Notes: generated from the sequence alone by a model not told the origin. DNA of 63,025 nt, filler included, from Myxococcota bacterium (GCA_023150835.1; 3 parts of 3 records of this genome joined end to end with filler, not necessarily neighbours in it); one strand, 5' to 3'. Numbered from the whole stretch's first letter, positions 19,604-29,527 are shown. Numbers and translations: made by a program.

Positions 19604-21475
19604 ATGCAACGACGCGGCAATGCCACCGATCCCCGCGACAAAGAAGCCTCTCTTGCCGAACTTCAGCGCCGAGTCCCTCCCCAAAATATCGAGGCCGAAC
19701 GCGCTGTTCTCGGCTCCATCATGTTGTTTAGCGAACTTCTTCACAGCATCCTTGGTGTTCTCAAAGCCAAAGACTTTTATCTCGAACGCCATCAGTGGAT
19801 CTTTGAAGCCATCCTCGAACAAGAATCCGAGAACCTTCCCCTCGATATCATCTCTGTCGCCAACCGTCTCAAGAGCAACGGGCACCTCGAAAAGCTCGGT
19901 GGGATCGCTTATCTTGGCGAACTCGTCGATATGATCCCCTCCGCCGCACACATCGAACACTACGCCAAGATCATCCACGACAAGTCCATCCTTCGTCAGA
20001 TTATCACTGTCTGCACCGAGATCGCCAGCGAAGCCTACGAAGAACTCGAACAAGTCGACCTCTTTCTCGATAGCGCCGAAAAACGCTTCTTCGAGATCCG
20101 TCAAGAAGGCCAAAACAAAGATATCGCCCCCGTCAGCGAGATCGTGAAAAATGCCTTTGCCACCATCGAAAAACTCTACGGGCGAAAAGAACTCGTCACG
20201 GGTGTCCCCACCGGCTTCGAAGAATTCGACAAGCTAACCTCTGGTCTCCAACCCACCGACTTGATCATCCTCGCTGGACGCCCTGCGATGGGCAAAACCA
20301 GCCTCGCCATGAACATGGTCGCCAACGCCTCCATCCACCACAAAGTTCCCGTTGTTGTCTTCTCTCTTGAAATGAGCAAAGAACAACTCGTCATGCGGAT
20401 GCTTTGTTCCGAAGGCCGTGTTGACGCTTCTCGCCTTCGCACCGGCAATATGAAAGACACGGATATCCCCCGACTTATGCAGGCCGCCACCGAACTCGCT
20501 CGATCCAAGATCTTTATCGACGACAGCGCAAACTCTAGCCTCCTTGAGATGCGCTCCAAATGCCGACGCCTCAAAATGGAACACGGACTCGGCATGATCA
20601 TGATCGATTATCTTCAGCTTATGAAAGGTGGCGATCAAGGCGGTGACTCCCGTGAACGCGAGATATCCGACATCTCTCGCGGACTCAAAGCCCTCGCCAA
20701 AGAACTCCACGTCCCCGTCATCGCTCTCTCTCAGCTCAATCGCTCTCTTGAACGGCGGCCCGACAAACGCCCCATGCCTTCGGACCTTCGCGAATGCGTT
20801 GCTGGAGACACTCACGTCGCCCTCGCAGATGGCCGCCAAGTCCCGATCCGGGATCTCGTTGGGCAATCCCCTCTCGTTCTTGCGATCTCCAAAGAAGGGA
20901 AAGTCGTGGAGGCACAAAGCGATGTGGTTTGGTGTGTTGGAAAACGCCCCCTTTTTGAAATCGAACTCGCTTCTGGGCGCACCATCCAAGCAACCGCCGA
21001 GCACCGTTTTCTTTCCGCAAAAGGATGGGTGTGTACGCACCAACTTCATCCCGAAGATCGCATCGGCATCGTTCGGCAACTTCCCTCCCCTCCAACGCGC
21101 CGAATCCTTAAAGAACACGCAGAGATTCTTGACAACCAAGAGATCCGTGACCCAGCGCAAAGTGATATCTTTTGGGATAAGGTTGTTCGCGTCTTGGCTT
21201 TACCAGAAGAGCAAGACGTTTTCGATCTGAGCGTACCGTCTGCGTCTTCATGGATCGGAAACGATATTTTCTTACATAACTCTGGAGCTCTTGAGCAGGA
21301 CGCCGACATGATCGTCTTTGTTTATCGCGACGAAGTCTATAATCCTGAAACCGAAGATCGCGGTATCGCCGAGATCATCATCGGTAAACAACGCAACGGA
21401 CCCACCGGAACCGCCCGCGTTCGCTTCTTCCACGAATACACCAAGTTCGAGAACCTCTTCCCCGATCAACCTTGA
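19604..21475 (+). CDS. dnaB: Replicative DNA helicase, intein-containing
   Basis: PPQNIEAERAVLG, AGRPAMGKT, IDYLQL, ALSQLNR, SDLRE|intein|SGALEQDAD. Confidence 0.97.
   Translation: MQRRGNATDPRDKEASLAELQRRVPPQNIEAERAVLGSIMLFSELLHSILGVLKAKDFYLERHQWIFEAILEQESENLPLDIISVANRLKSNGHLEKLGGIAYLGELVDMIPSAAHIEHYAKIIHDKSILRQIITVCTEIASEAYEELEQVDLFLDSAEKRFFEIRQEGQNKDIAPVSEIVKNAFATIEKLYGRKELVTGVPTGFEEFDKLTSGLQPTDLIILAGRPAMGKTSLAMNMVANASIHHKVPVVVFSLEMSKEQLVMRMLCSEGRVDASRLRTGNMKDTDIPRLMQAATELARSKIFIDDSANSSLLEMRSKCRRLKMEHGLGMIMIDYLQLMKGGDQGGDSREREISDISRGLKALAKELHVPVIALSQLNRSLERRPDKRPMPSDLRECVAGDTHVALADGRQVPIRDLVGQSPLVLAISKEGKVVEAQSDVVWCVGKRPLFEIELASGRTIQATAEHRFLSAKGWVCTHQLHPEDRIGIVRQLPSPPTRRILKEHAEILDNQEIRDPAQSDIFWDKVVRVLALPEEQDVFDLSVPSASSWIGNDIFLHNSGALEQDADMIVFVYRDEVYNPETEDRGIAEIIIGKQRNGPTGTARVRFFHEYTKFENLFPDQP
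20795..21280 (+). mobile_element. Mini-intein (162 aa, no homing endonuclease) in DnaB
   Basis: Starts CVAGDT, block B ATAEHRF, block F VFDLSV, ends HN followed by Ser+1; interrupts the conserved DLRE/SG motif. Confidence 0.95.
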
Positions 21476-21515
21476 TCCCACCCATCTTCTTGCCCGAACA
21501 ACACAACACCCACAA

Positions 21516-22541
21516 TCAGCGGGTGGGGAATTGGAGGTCAAGTTGGCGGCGATGCTGTTGGAATGCAGCGCGTTGCTCTTCAGGAAGGGCGCGGGTGTAG
21601 GTTTCATGGAAGCGGAAAGGGTCGATGACTTTGCGGCCATCCATGATCTGATAATGAAGGTGCGGAGCGGTGGAACGTCCCGTGTTTCCGACATAACCGA
21701 TCACCGCGTTGGCGGGAAGAACGCGCCCGACTTTGACGCCGTCAGCGATCTTTTGAAGATGGAGGAACATGATGCGCAAGTTGGGCTTGTGTAGGGGCGC
21801 GACTTCGAGGCAGTTTCCATTGAAGCGGAAGTTCCAAGTGGTACGGACGACTCGCGATCGGAAGGGCAGGTATAACTTTGTACCGACGGGGGCTTTGAAG
21901 TCTACGCCTTTGTGTTTGGGACGCATCTTGAGGATCGAGGTCACTTGCTCATATTCGCGCAAAGGTGCGTTGCGGAGCTTTTGTTCGATCTCGTTGCCTT
22001 CGGCGTCGTAATAGGCGGCAAAGCGGCGACCGGGTTCTTGGTAGCGATAAAAGGCATAACTGCGGTTGTGTTTGGTGCTGTTGTAGCGCATCGCGATGAT
22101 CTCATACAACGATTGCGTATCGACGGGGCGATAGATCACTTCGATCTTATCGCCTCGACGGATCTCATTGCGCAGATTGACGCGCCAGATCAACAAGCGA
22201 GCCGCCAACGCACTCAAGAACGTTGCTTCTTTGGTCTCCATCCCGCCTTTTTTGAAACTCAGCGAAATTGGCCCCACCATCGTGGTTTGAAAGGTCTTGA
22301 GTCCACCCGAGGCCGTTGTCTGGCTTGGTGTATCTTGGGCGTTTGGTTGGACGCGAGCCGCTTGCGTAGGAGCCGCAACAGAGGCGCGTTGGAGATGCAA
22401 GGTGTTTTGTTGGGCTTTGGGACGCGTGTTACGCGGCCAAAAAACAAGGGCCACCAGAGCCATAAATATAGCACCACCCGCCATGATCACCATCGGGTTC
22501 AGGGTTGCGCGACGCATCATAGAACGATTCTTCCGAATCAT
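21516..22541 (-). CDS. M23-family metallopeptidase, membrane-anchored
   Basis: HKGVDF and GNTGRSTAPHLHY zinc motifs, N-terminal TM; AAGGAG RBS. Confidence 0.92.
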   Translation of the reverse strand: MIRKNRSMMRRATLNPMVIMAGGAIFMALVALVFWPRNTRPKAQQNTLHLQRASVAAPTQAARVQPNAQDTPSQTTASGGLKTFQTTMVGPISLSFKKGGMETKEATFLSALAARLLIWRVNLRNEIRRGDKIEVIYRPVDTQSLYEIIAMRYNSTKHNRSYAFYRYQEPGRRFAAYYDAEGNEIEQKLRNAPLREYEQVTSILKMRPKHKGVDFKAPVGTKLYLPFRSRVVRTTWNFRFNGNCLEVAPLHKPNLRIMFLHLQKIADGVKVGRVLPANAVIGYVGNTGRSTAPHLHYQIMDGRKVIDPFRFHETYTRALPEEQRAAFQQHRRQLDLQFPTR

Positions 22542-22729
22542 CGGACTCTCCTTCAACAGAAAGGGGGAACGGATGGGACGTTGGGTGTGTCGTGAAACCT
22601 TCACCGCGAGGACTCCCCCAAAGCTATGGGGCTGTTCCACCCGATCACAACGTATGCTTCGCACTCTACCCCACCCCCTAACCCTCCCGCAAAAAATCAC
22701 CAAATCACAAGAAGAAGACGGGCGGTAGG

Positions 22730-24892
22730 TTAAGCGGAGAAGGCGATGGCAAGGGCTTCTTGGTGGGCTTGGAGAGTGTGTTGAATGTCGTCGTGGGTGT
22801 GGGACGCGGAGACGAAGAAGGCTTCGAACTGGGCGGCGGGAAGGTAGACACCGCGTTCGAGCATCGCGTGGAAGTAGCGTGCAAAGGCGGCGGTATCGCA
22901 ATGACGGGCTTCGGTGTAGTTGCGAACGGGGGTTTGGCAGAAGAATAGGCAGAGCATCGAGCCGTAGCGCGTAAGGTAGAGATCGCGTCCAACGGCGGAA
23001 AGTCCCGCACGAAGGCCGTCTTCGAGTTGCTTGCAGGTCTCTTCGAGGCGGGCATACAGGGCGGGGGTGAGGTGTTCGAGGGTGGCGAGTCCCGCAGCGG
23101 TGGCAAGGGGATTTCCAGAGAGCGTGCCGGCTTGGTATACGGGGCCGACGGGGGCGACTTGTTGCATCAGATCAGCGCGCCCACCATAAGCGCCGACAGG
23201 AAGGCCGCCACCGATGATCTTGCCGAGCGTGATCAGGTCAGGTTTGATGCCGAAAAGCTCCGTCACACCGCCTGCAGCGACGCGAAATCCTGTCATCACT
23301 TCGTCGAAGATCAGCAACGCACCATGACGCGAGGTGATCTCGCGCAGACCTTCGAGGAATCCGGGTTCGGGTCGGATCAGTCCCATATTTCCCGGGATAG
23401 GTTCGATGATGATCGCGGCGATGGAGTCGGGATATTCGGAAAAGAGGCGCTCGATGCCTGTGAGGTCGTTGTATTCGGCGAGCAGGGTATCCGCAGCGGT
23501 TCCTGCGGTGACACCCGGGCTATTGGGGACGCCAAAGGTGGTGGCACCCGAACCCGCCGCGATCAAGAACGAGTCGCCGTGTCCGTGATAACAACCCGAG
23601 AACTTGATCAGACGGTCGCGTTTCGTCGCGGCACGAGCAAGGCGGATCGCACTCATGGTGGCTTCGGTTCCCGAACTGACGAGGCGCACCATCTCCATGC
23701 TCGGAAAGAAGTCGCGGATCTTTTCAGCCATCAAGACTTCGCGGACGGTGGGCGCGCCGTAGCTTGTTCCGTCGGCAGCAGCGGCTTGGATGGCAGCAAC
23801 GACTTCGGGATGGGCGTGACCAAGGATCATCGGCCCCCACGATCCGACATAATCGATGTATCGGTTTCCGTCTTCGTCCCAAAGATAGGCACCTTGGGCG
23901 CGTCGGATCATCGGAGGGGTTCCACCCACCGCTCGAAAAGCCCGAACTGGCGAGTTGACGCCTCCCGGCATGATGTGGCGTGCGCGTTCTATCCACGCTT
24001 GGCTTTGTTTGAATGATATCGGCATGAATGAGACTCCTTCTTTATTTTCGTCGATAGGACTTATGCGATTGGGTTTGTGTTCTTTGTGGAGCGCATCGCG
24101 CACAGCTTCGCCATAGGCGCGCATGGAAGGCTGTGGAGAAACCACCCAAGGCGAGAGCCCCCGTTGTTCGAGGGCCGCCGCTGTTGTGGGGCCGATGGCC
24201 GCAAAACGCAGGTCTTTGGGGAGGTCGTGTGGCTCAAGTTCCAGATCCGTCAACAGCGCATCAAGTTGCGACGGGCTGTTGAGCGCCACCCTAACGATCT
24301 CGCCGCACAAAAGCAACGAGCGCAGCGTGGGCGGCAAGGCCACAGGGACGATGGTGTAGACGGCAAGGCGTATGACGGTGGCTCCTAGCGCAGAAAGGCC
24401 GAACGGAAGGGTGTCTCGGGCTTCGCTAGAACCTGCGAACAAGTAGCGTTTGTTGTGTTGAGGGCCTTGTTGGGCGATCGCGGCGAGCAGGCCGTTGGCG
24501 TCTTGGGTCGCAGGGATCAAGGCAGGAGAAAGGCCCAAAGCCGCACAAGCACGAGCCGTTTCTTGACCTACGCAGTACAAACGCTCGGACAATAGGCGCT
24601 TGGCGGTGGCCTCTTCGTAAAGCCCCGTCGCTTCGCAGCTTTGCAACAAGGGCTTGAGAAAAGAGCGAACACTTTCGGCGCTGGTGATCAAATAACCATC
24701 GTACTGTTCGAGAGCTTGTGCGTAGGTGCGCCACTCGGAAGAAGACAGCAGCGGATGGATATCCAACACAGGGGCCGCAACAACGGAGATCTCGGCTTGT
24801 TCGAGAACAGCGCAAAACTCTTCGCATCGTTTGCGTTCGCGTGTGATCAAAACAGTCGGGAAACGAGCAGAAGAACGCGGGTTGTGTTGCAT
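22730..24892 (-). CDS. hemL: In-frame fusion: uroporphyrinogen-III synthase (HemD, 24026-24892) plus glutamate-1-semialdehyde aminomutase (HemL, 22730-24025)
   Basis: HemD motifs VLITRE, TSAESV, CVGQETA, AAIGPTTA; HemL motifs PGGVNSPVRAF, SSGTEATM, FDEVMTGFR, LGKIIGGG; no stop between them. Confidence 0.9.
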   Translation of the reverse strand: MQHNPRSSARFPTVLITRERKRCEEFCAVLEQAEISVVAAPVLDIHPLLSSSEWRTYAQALEQYDGYLITSAESVRSFLKPLLQSCEATGLYEEATAKRLLSERLYCVGQETARACAALGLSPALIPATQDANGLLAAIAQQGPQHNKRYLFAGSSEARDTLPFGLSALGATVIRLAVYTIVPVALPPTLRSLLLCGEIVRVALNSPSQLDALLTDLELEPHDLPKDLRFAAIGPTTAAALEQRGLSPWVVSPQPSMRAYGEAVRDALHKEHKPNRISPIDENKEGVSFMPISFKQSQAWIERARHIMPGGVNSPVRAFRAVGGTPPMIRRAQGAYLWDEDGNRYIDYVGSWGPMILGHAHPEVVAAIQAAAADGTSYGAPTVREVLMAEKIRDFFPSMEMVRLVSSGTEATMSAIRLARAATKRDRLIKFSGCYHGHGDSFLIAAGSGATTFGVPNSPGVTAGTAADTLLAEYNDLTGIERLFSEYPDSIAAIIIEPIPGNMGLIRPEPGFLEGLREITSRHGALLIFDEVMTGFRVAAGGVTELFGIKPDLITLGKIIGGGLPVGAYGGRADLMQQVAPVGPVYQAGTLSGNPLATAAGLATLEHLTPALYARLEETCKQLEDGLRAGLSAVGRDLYLTRYGSMLCLFFCQTPVRNYTEARHCDTAAFARYFHAMLERGVYLPAAQFEAFFVSASHTHDDIQHTLQAHQEALAIAFSA

Positions 24893-24919
24893 CGGTGGGT
24901 CGTTGCCTCATTGTGTTCA

Positions 24920-25008
24920 GATGATTCCGATGATTCCGATGATTCCGATGATTCCGATGGCTCTGATGGCTCTGATGATTCCGATGGTTCCGATGATTCC
25001 GATGGTTC
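24920..25008. repeat. 9-bp tandem repeat (GATGATTCC-like), about 10 copies
   Basis: Directly visible just upstream of the hemD start. Confidence 0.9.
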
Positions 25009-25097
25009 GCAAATGTAGTGCCACGTCGTTTCCAAAGAAGCCGTGTTCGCGGTTATCCAAGCGGCGCAGACGTTGGTGTGAACACTACTGATCTTCC

Positions 25098-25154
25098 CGC
25101 CGATACGGGGTCAAGGGGCCATCGGTCCCTTGCGGGGCGTGGGGCAGCGCCCCA
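25098..25154 (+). repeat. REP-like element family A
   Basis: CGCCGATACGGGGTCAAGGGG...CCCTTGCGGGGCGTGGGGCAGCGCCCCA. Confidence 0.8.
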
Positions 25155-25270
25155 TACGCGCCTTGTTAAGGTGGAAACCTCGTAGAGTCGGTCTTGATCG
25201 CCTTTTTTTTTCTCCCCCCCTCAATCCCCCCGGCCAACGGGGGGAAGTTGGAACGGGCAGCGTCTGCATT
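25155..25270 (+). mobile_element. MITE-like element, left part (truncated by gap)
   Basis: Near-identical to the reverse complement of part of 50559-50729; begins TA-CGCGCCTTGTTAAG. Confidence 0.7.
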
Positions 25271-25370
25271 NNNNNNNNNNNNNNNNNNNNNNNNNNNNNN
25301 NNNNNNNNNNNNNNTTAATTAATTAANNNNNNNNNNNNNNNNNNNNNNNNNNNNNNNNNNNNNNNNNNNN
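25271..25370. other. Assembly gap / artificial contig linker
   Basis: N-run with a central TTAATTAATTAA. Confidence 0.98.
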
Positions 25371-25505
25371 AGCGTCTGCGTCTCGTGCAAACAGCGTGCG
25401 TCATGAAAAAACAAAATCCCCGCTGCTTCCGACTTTCGCTCCCTCCCCTGTTCACGGGGGAGGGCTGGGGTGGGGGGGGCCAACAAGCGCTTAACCTAAC
25501 GCCTA
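25371..25505 (+). mobile_element. MITE-like element, right part
   Basis: Near-identical to the reverse complement of 62891-63025; ends CTTAACCTAACGCC-TA. Confidence 0.7.
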
Positions 25506-25547
25506 TGGGGCCACGCCCCACAAAAACCAGCCATAACGGAAGTTTCG

Positions 25548-26783
25548 TCATGGAGAGGCGACATTGGGCTTGTTGGTTTGGGCGACGAGTTCGACGACTT
25601 GCTGACTTTGGGGAGGGAGTCGTTCGAGCGCAAGGTGCGGGAAGCTGCATCCCTTTTGTTGTTGGAGGCAAGAGGCAAAGGGCCGAATCGACGCACGATA
25701 GAGCGTGTGTCCACAAGAAGCGATCACAGCGAGTCGCCCGGGCGAAAAGAACAGACGGCAAGAAGTCGCACTTGCCGCGAAGGTATCGGAAAGCACAAAC
25801 CAATGTTTGCCTTGACCGAGAGGCCGAGCGATTTGACAGCGTTGGTCGAGCCGAGCCGTATTTTGGGCGGGATGGGGTTGATTCCAGCCGTCGTTGGTCC
25901 GCGTTGAATCGTAGCACACGCGGAGGACGGTGGGGCGTTCTTGCCAGATCGCTTCGGGAGCATCGCTGTGCAACGTCTGGATGCGTGTGTGGGTGGGCCA
26001 ACGCTTGCTTCGGGAAAGCTCGGATTCGGCACGCCACAAACGCTGCAAAAGCCCGAAGCTGTAAGCCATCCCACCGCTACTAGCGTTTGGATTCGCAGAT
26101 CGCGGTAGATCGGGCAACGAAGGCATCAGCCAAGGAGCCGTAGAAGTCCCAGAGGATGCCGAGGCTACGGAAGGGACGAAAGGCGCGGAAGGTGCGGAAG
26201 TCCCAGAGGGTGCGGAAGGTGCGGAAGGTACGAAAGGCGCGGCGGTTACGGAGGGTACGGAAGGCGCGGCGGGTGCAACGATCTTGGCAGAGGCAGGTGT
26301 TGCGGTTTCGGAGCGAGCGGAAGCAAGGGCATCTTGGGGAGCGGTGCGAGGGCGATGGGCGTGGAGGATATCTGCGGGTGCGGGGGCGGTGTCATCGGGG
26401 AGTTCGAGCGATGCGGGCTGTTGGGCCACAGCGATGAGAGTATCGCGGCGTGTGGGTGCAGCGTCGCGGCGCTCTTGTCGAGGAGTCGGGGGTTGAGGAG
26501 ATGGAGCGGCCTTGGCGGAAGATTGTGTGTGTTTGGCTGTGGCGGGATGGGGGGGAACTTGGATGTGGATCGAGCCGAAGCAGCCGTCTTGAAAGCTGTT
26601 GTTGAAACTGCAAGCCGAGCAGAGCAACCAAACTCCCGTCAAAGAAAGTCCCCACGCAGGAGGGGCTTTGGGACGGAGGCTGCGACGTTTGCGGCGGCTT
26701 GCGCGCAAAGAAGGGGCGAGGTGTTGGACTCGCCGTGTGGTTCGAGGGATGCGGGCTTTGGGGGGGTGGAGTGCATCACGCAT
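25548..26783 (-). CDS. Hypothetical protein (possible lipoprotein) with an Ala/Pro/Ser linker and Cys-containing C-terminal domain
   Basis: WLLCSAC lipobox-like segment and APSAPFVP repeats; start uncertain. Confidence 0.5.
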   Translation of the reverse strand: MRDALHPPKARIPRTTRRVQHLAPSLRASRRKRRSLRPKAPPAWGLSLTGVWLLCSACSFNNSFQDGCFGSIHIQVPPHPATAKHTQSSAKAAPSPQPPTPRQERRDAAPTRRDTLIAVAQQPASLELPDDTAPAPADILHAHRPRTAPQDALASARSETATPASAKIVAPAAPSVPSVTAAPFVPSAPSAPSGTSAPSAPFVPSVASASSGTSTAPWLMPSLPDLPRSANPNASSGGMAYSFGLLQRLWRAESELSRSKRWPTHTRIQTLHSDAPEAIWQERPTVLRVCYDSTRTNDGWNQPHPAQNTARLDQRCQIARPLGQGKHWFVLSDTFAASATSCRLFFSPGRLAVIASCGHTLYRASIRPFASCLQQQKGCSFPHLALERLPPQSQQVVELVAQTNKPNVASP

Positions 26784-27297
26784 GTTCGGGTCTCCTTTGA
26801 CGACTTACCTCGGGAGAACCGTCCAATCCACGCTTTGAAAGCATGTTGCAGCATGATATCGAGCATCGCTACGGGGTCAGGCACAAGGGGGTCAAAAAAC
26901 CAGCAAGGGGCATCCAAGAAACGAGTGTTCGTTGGACAGGGAGCGCGCACACACAGCAAGAAGCGGAACGCTTGGTGGTTTGGCGGTCTCGCCACTTCGG
27001 ACCATACGAAAACAACAAATCATTCGATCAAAAAAAACAAACGATCCTTCCATCTGAGCGATCTCGGGAAAGAAAAGAATGCCCATTCAACATACCGATG
27101 GCATCGACGTTGCGGCTCTTTCCGCCCGAGAACGGGCAACACCTGTGTATCATCGTGCCGTTAGATCGGTCTTGCAAGAGGTCCGATAAAAAATGCCTGA
27201 ACCGCCCACCCTTGCAGAAAAGGCTGCTTTGGCGTAGAGATCGGTCCTCTGTTTTTGAGCAACCGCGAACACCAGACCCACGAAGGAGGGCGCGTTC

Positions 27298-28257
27298 ATG
27301 TTACCAGCGTTGTTTCCCCGCAAAGACGGGGAGCCTTTACACAAAAAACTCTCGATCAGCCGTCGTTTTCTCCCCTTTATGTTGGGCAGTGCAAACGATG
27401 CGTGGCTGTTGTGGGAAGAGATCATCCGCGTTGAACCTATTTTGGAATTTATCGAACGCTGGAACAAAGAACACGCAGCCGATCCCAAGATGAAGATCTC
27501 TTTGCATCATATCTTGTTGCGCGCCTGCTGCCTCTCCTACACCTACAACCCCCGCATGAACAAGTTTGTGGCAGGTGATCGCTACTACCAACGCAAAGGG
27601 ATCTATATCTCGTTTTCGGCCAAAAAAGAGTATTCTTCGGACGCAGGATTGTTGGTGTTCAAGCGCCTATTTACCGCAGAAGAGAGAATGGAAGAGGTGG
27701 TGCGTGCCCTCAATAGTATGGTGCGCGACGACCGCGATCCCAAAGAGAGCGGGCAAGAAAAAGAGCAGCGGATGTACGTTCAATATGTCCCGCGCTTTGC
27801 GATGAAAGCCGCGATGTGGGCGATCAACTGGCTCGATTCCAAGAACATCCTGCCGAGCAGTTTTTCCGATCACCACCCGTTGTTTGCGGGGATGTTCGTG
27901 TCAAACCTCGGTAGTTTGGGCATCAACTCTGGTTGGCATCACCTGTACAACCAAGGCAACATCTCGCTGTTTGGTGTGATGGGTGCCCCCTACGATGCTG
28001 TCCTTGCAGAAGACGGAAAGCCCGTTGTACGCAAAGTCGTCTCGCTGAAGTGGACGTTTGATGAGCGGATCGAAGATGGCTATAACGCCGGACGTGCGGC
28101 CACTTTTGTGACTCGCCTGATCGAAAATCCCGAACTGCTGGTGCATCCCGTCGGATTGGAAGAGCATCCTGCTTTTGAATTTTTCTTCAAAGGCAAAAAG
28201 CGGGTCGATGCGGTCCCCAAACCAGACACATGGAAAGACAACCCAAGCGGCGCGTAA
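27298..28257 (+). CDS. Stand-alone 2-oxoacid dehydrogenase E2-like acyltransferase catalytic domain
   Basis: FVSNLGSLG and KWTFDERIEDG (equivalent of DHRxxDG); no lipoyl domain; AGGAGG RBS. Confidence 0.8.
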   Translation: MLPALFPRKDGEPLHKKLSISRRFLPFMLGSANDAWLLWEEIIRVEPILEFIERWNKEHAADPKMKISLHHILLRACCLSYTYNPRMNKFVAGDRYYQRKGIYISFSAKKEYSSDAGLLVFKRLFTAEERMEEVVRALNSMVRDDRDPKESGQEKEQRMYVQYVPRFAMKAAMWAINWLDSKNILPSSFSDHHPLFAGMFVSNLGSLGINSGWHHLYNQGNISLFGVMGAPYDAVLAEDGKPVVRKVVSLKWTFDERIEDGYNAGRAATFVTRLIENPELLVHPVGLEEHPAFEFFFKGKKRVDAVPKPDTWKDNPSGA

Positions 28258-28292
28258 TCGGCAAAGATCGACAAGCTTCGGAAAGGACACAG

Positions 28293-29453
28293 ATGGCCCG
28301 TCTTGTCTTGCATTGGGTGGAAACAGCGGATCGTTGGCGGTTGGCGTTGTACGAACGCGCTGCTCCCGTTGCAACATCAAAACCTCCCGTCTTGTGTGTC
28401 CACGGTTTCGCACAAAATCACCGAACATGGCAAAGCGGAGGATGGGATCGCACCTTAGCCGAAGCAGGACATCCAACGTATCTGCTCGACCTACGGGGTC
28501 ATGGCTCCTCCAAACAACGTCTTCACTCTGCACAAGAACCGCCAAGACACGCCGCCCCAAATCTGCCAAGACACGCCGCCCCAAATTCGCCGACACGCAC
28601 GAGCCAAGAGCCGCTAGAACATACATCCCTAGAGCTTCCAAGACACGCCTTCCAAGAGCCACCAGCACACACGGGACTTTGGCGGATCGACGATTACCTT
28701 GCACAAGATCTCCCTGCTGCGGTGGGATGGCTTCGTGAGCGACACGGCGGTGCAAAACTGATCCTGTGCGGCCACTCGCTTGGTGGCGTATTATCGGGAC
28801 TTTACGCAGACGAACATCCCGAAGATGTCGCTGTCTTGGCGATGTTGGCAGCGCCGCTTTCTCCCGGGCGCACCAGTCGCCGTGTGCGCTTGGCGTGTCA
28901 AAGTGTGCAGATCTTGGCGCAGTGGGCGGAAAGGCGAGGTTGGCGCTGGTCGTGGCTGCCGCTACACTTGTTTTTTTGGGGGATGGATCAACTGAGCTTC
29001 GGTGTCTTGCCGATCTTGGGGGCGGGACTTCCTTGGTTGGCAAAGCGCGACAAAGCCCAGATCGTCTCACGTTTGTGGCATCCACAGATGACGCAGCCCG
29101 AAGCCGTCCGTTCGCTGTTGCGCCATGCCGATCCAGAGCCGATGACGGTGGTCTTGCAAATGACCCAATGGATGCTCACCGATCAAGTGTTGCTGGGCGA
29201 CCCTCCCCAAGACCAACGTCCTCGGATACACAGGCTCGATCTGCCGCTGTTGTGTGCATGGGGCGATGAAGATCGACTCGCACCACCCGAAACCCAAGCG
29301 GCTTTTGTGCAGACGCTCTCAGGTCCGTGGCAGCGCACATTGGCCTTGAAAAAGACCAATCACATGGATATCACGGCGGGTCAGCCCGCTCAAAAAGTGA
29401 TCGAGGCGTTGTTGGATTTGTGGAACGATTGGAGCGCGACCACCCTTTCTTAA
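28293..29453 (+). CDS. Alpha/beta-fold hydrolase
   Basis: VHGFAQN, LDLRGHG, GHSLGG nucleophile elbow, GDEDRLAP, late His (NHMD). Confidence 0.88.
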   Translation: MARLVLHWVETADRWRLALYERAAPVATSKPPVLCVHGFAQNHRTWQSGGWDRTLAEAGHPTYLLDLRGHGSSKQRLHSAQEPPRHAAPNLPRHAAPNSPTRTSQEPLEHTSLELPRHAFQEPPAHTGLWRIDDYLAQDLPAAVGWLRERHGGAKLILCGHSLGGVLSGLYADEHPEDVAVLAMLAAPLSPGRTSRRVRLACQSVQILAQWAERRGWRWSWLPLHLFFWGMDQLSFGVLPILGAGLPWLAKRDKAQIVSRLWHPQMTQPEAVRSLLRHADPEPMTVVLQMTQWMLTDQVLLGDPPQDQRPRIHRLDLPLLCAWGDEDRLAPPETQAAFVQTLSGPWQRTLALKKTNHMDITAGQPAQKVIEALLDLWNDWSATTLS

Positions 29454-29527
29454 CGGCCTTGAGGCGACACCTTCTTAACGACATCGAAGCGACACGTTGG
29501 AACGCAGAAAGGAAGCACACCGAGATC

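Noticed and set aside
24847-25035. SES-repeat ORF as a hemC remnant or Ser-Asp repeat adhesin
   Set aside because: It is only the translation of a 9-bp repeat, with no HemC motifs or signal peptide.
25315-25326. TTAATTAATTAA palindrome as a biological site (also 50503-50514)
   Set aside because: It is centred in N-runs and is an artificial all-frame-stop linker; synteny across it is not trusted.
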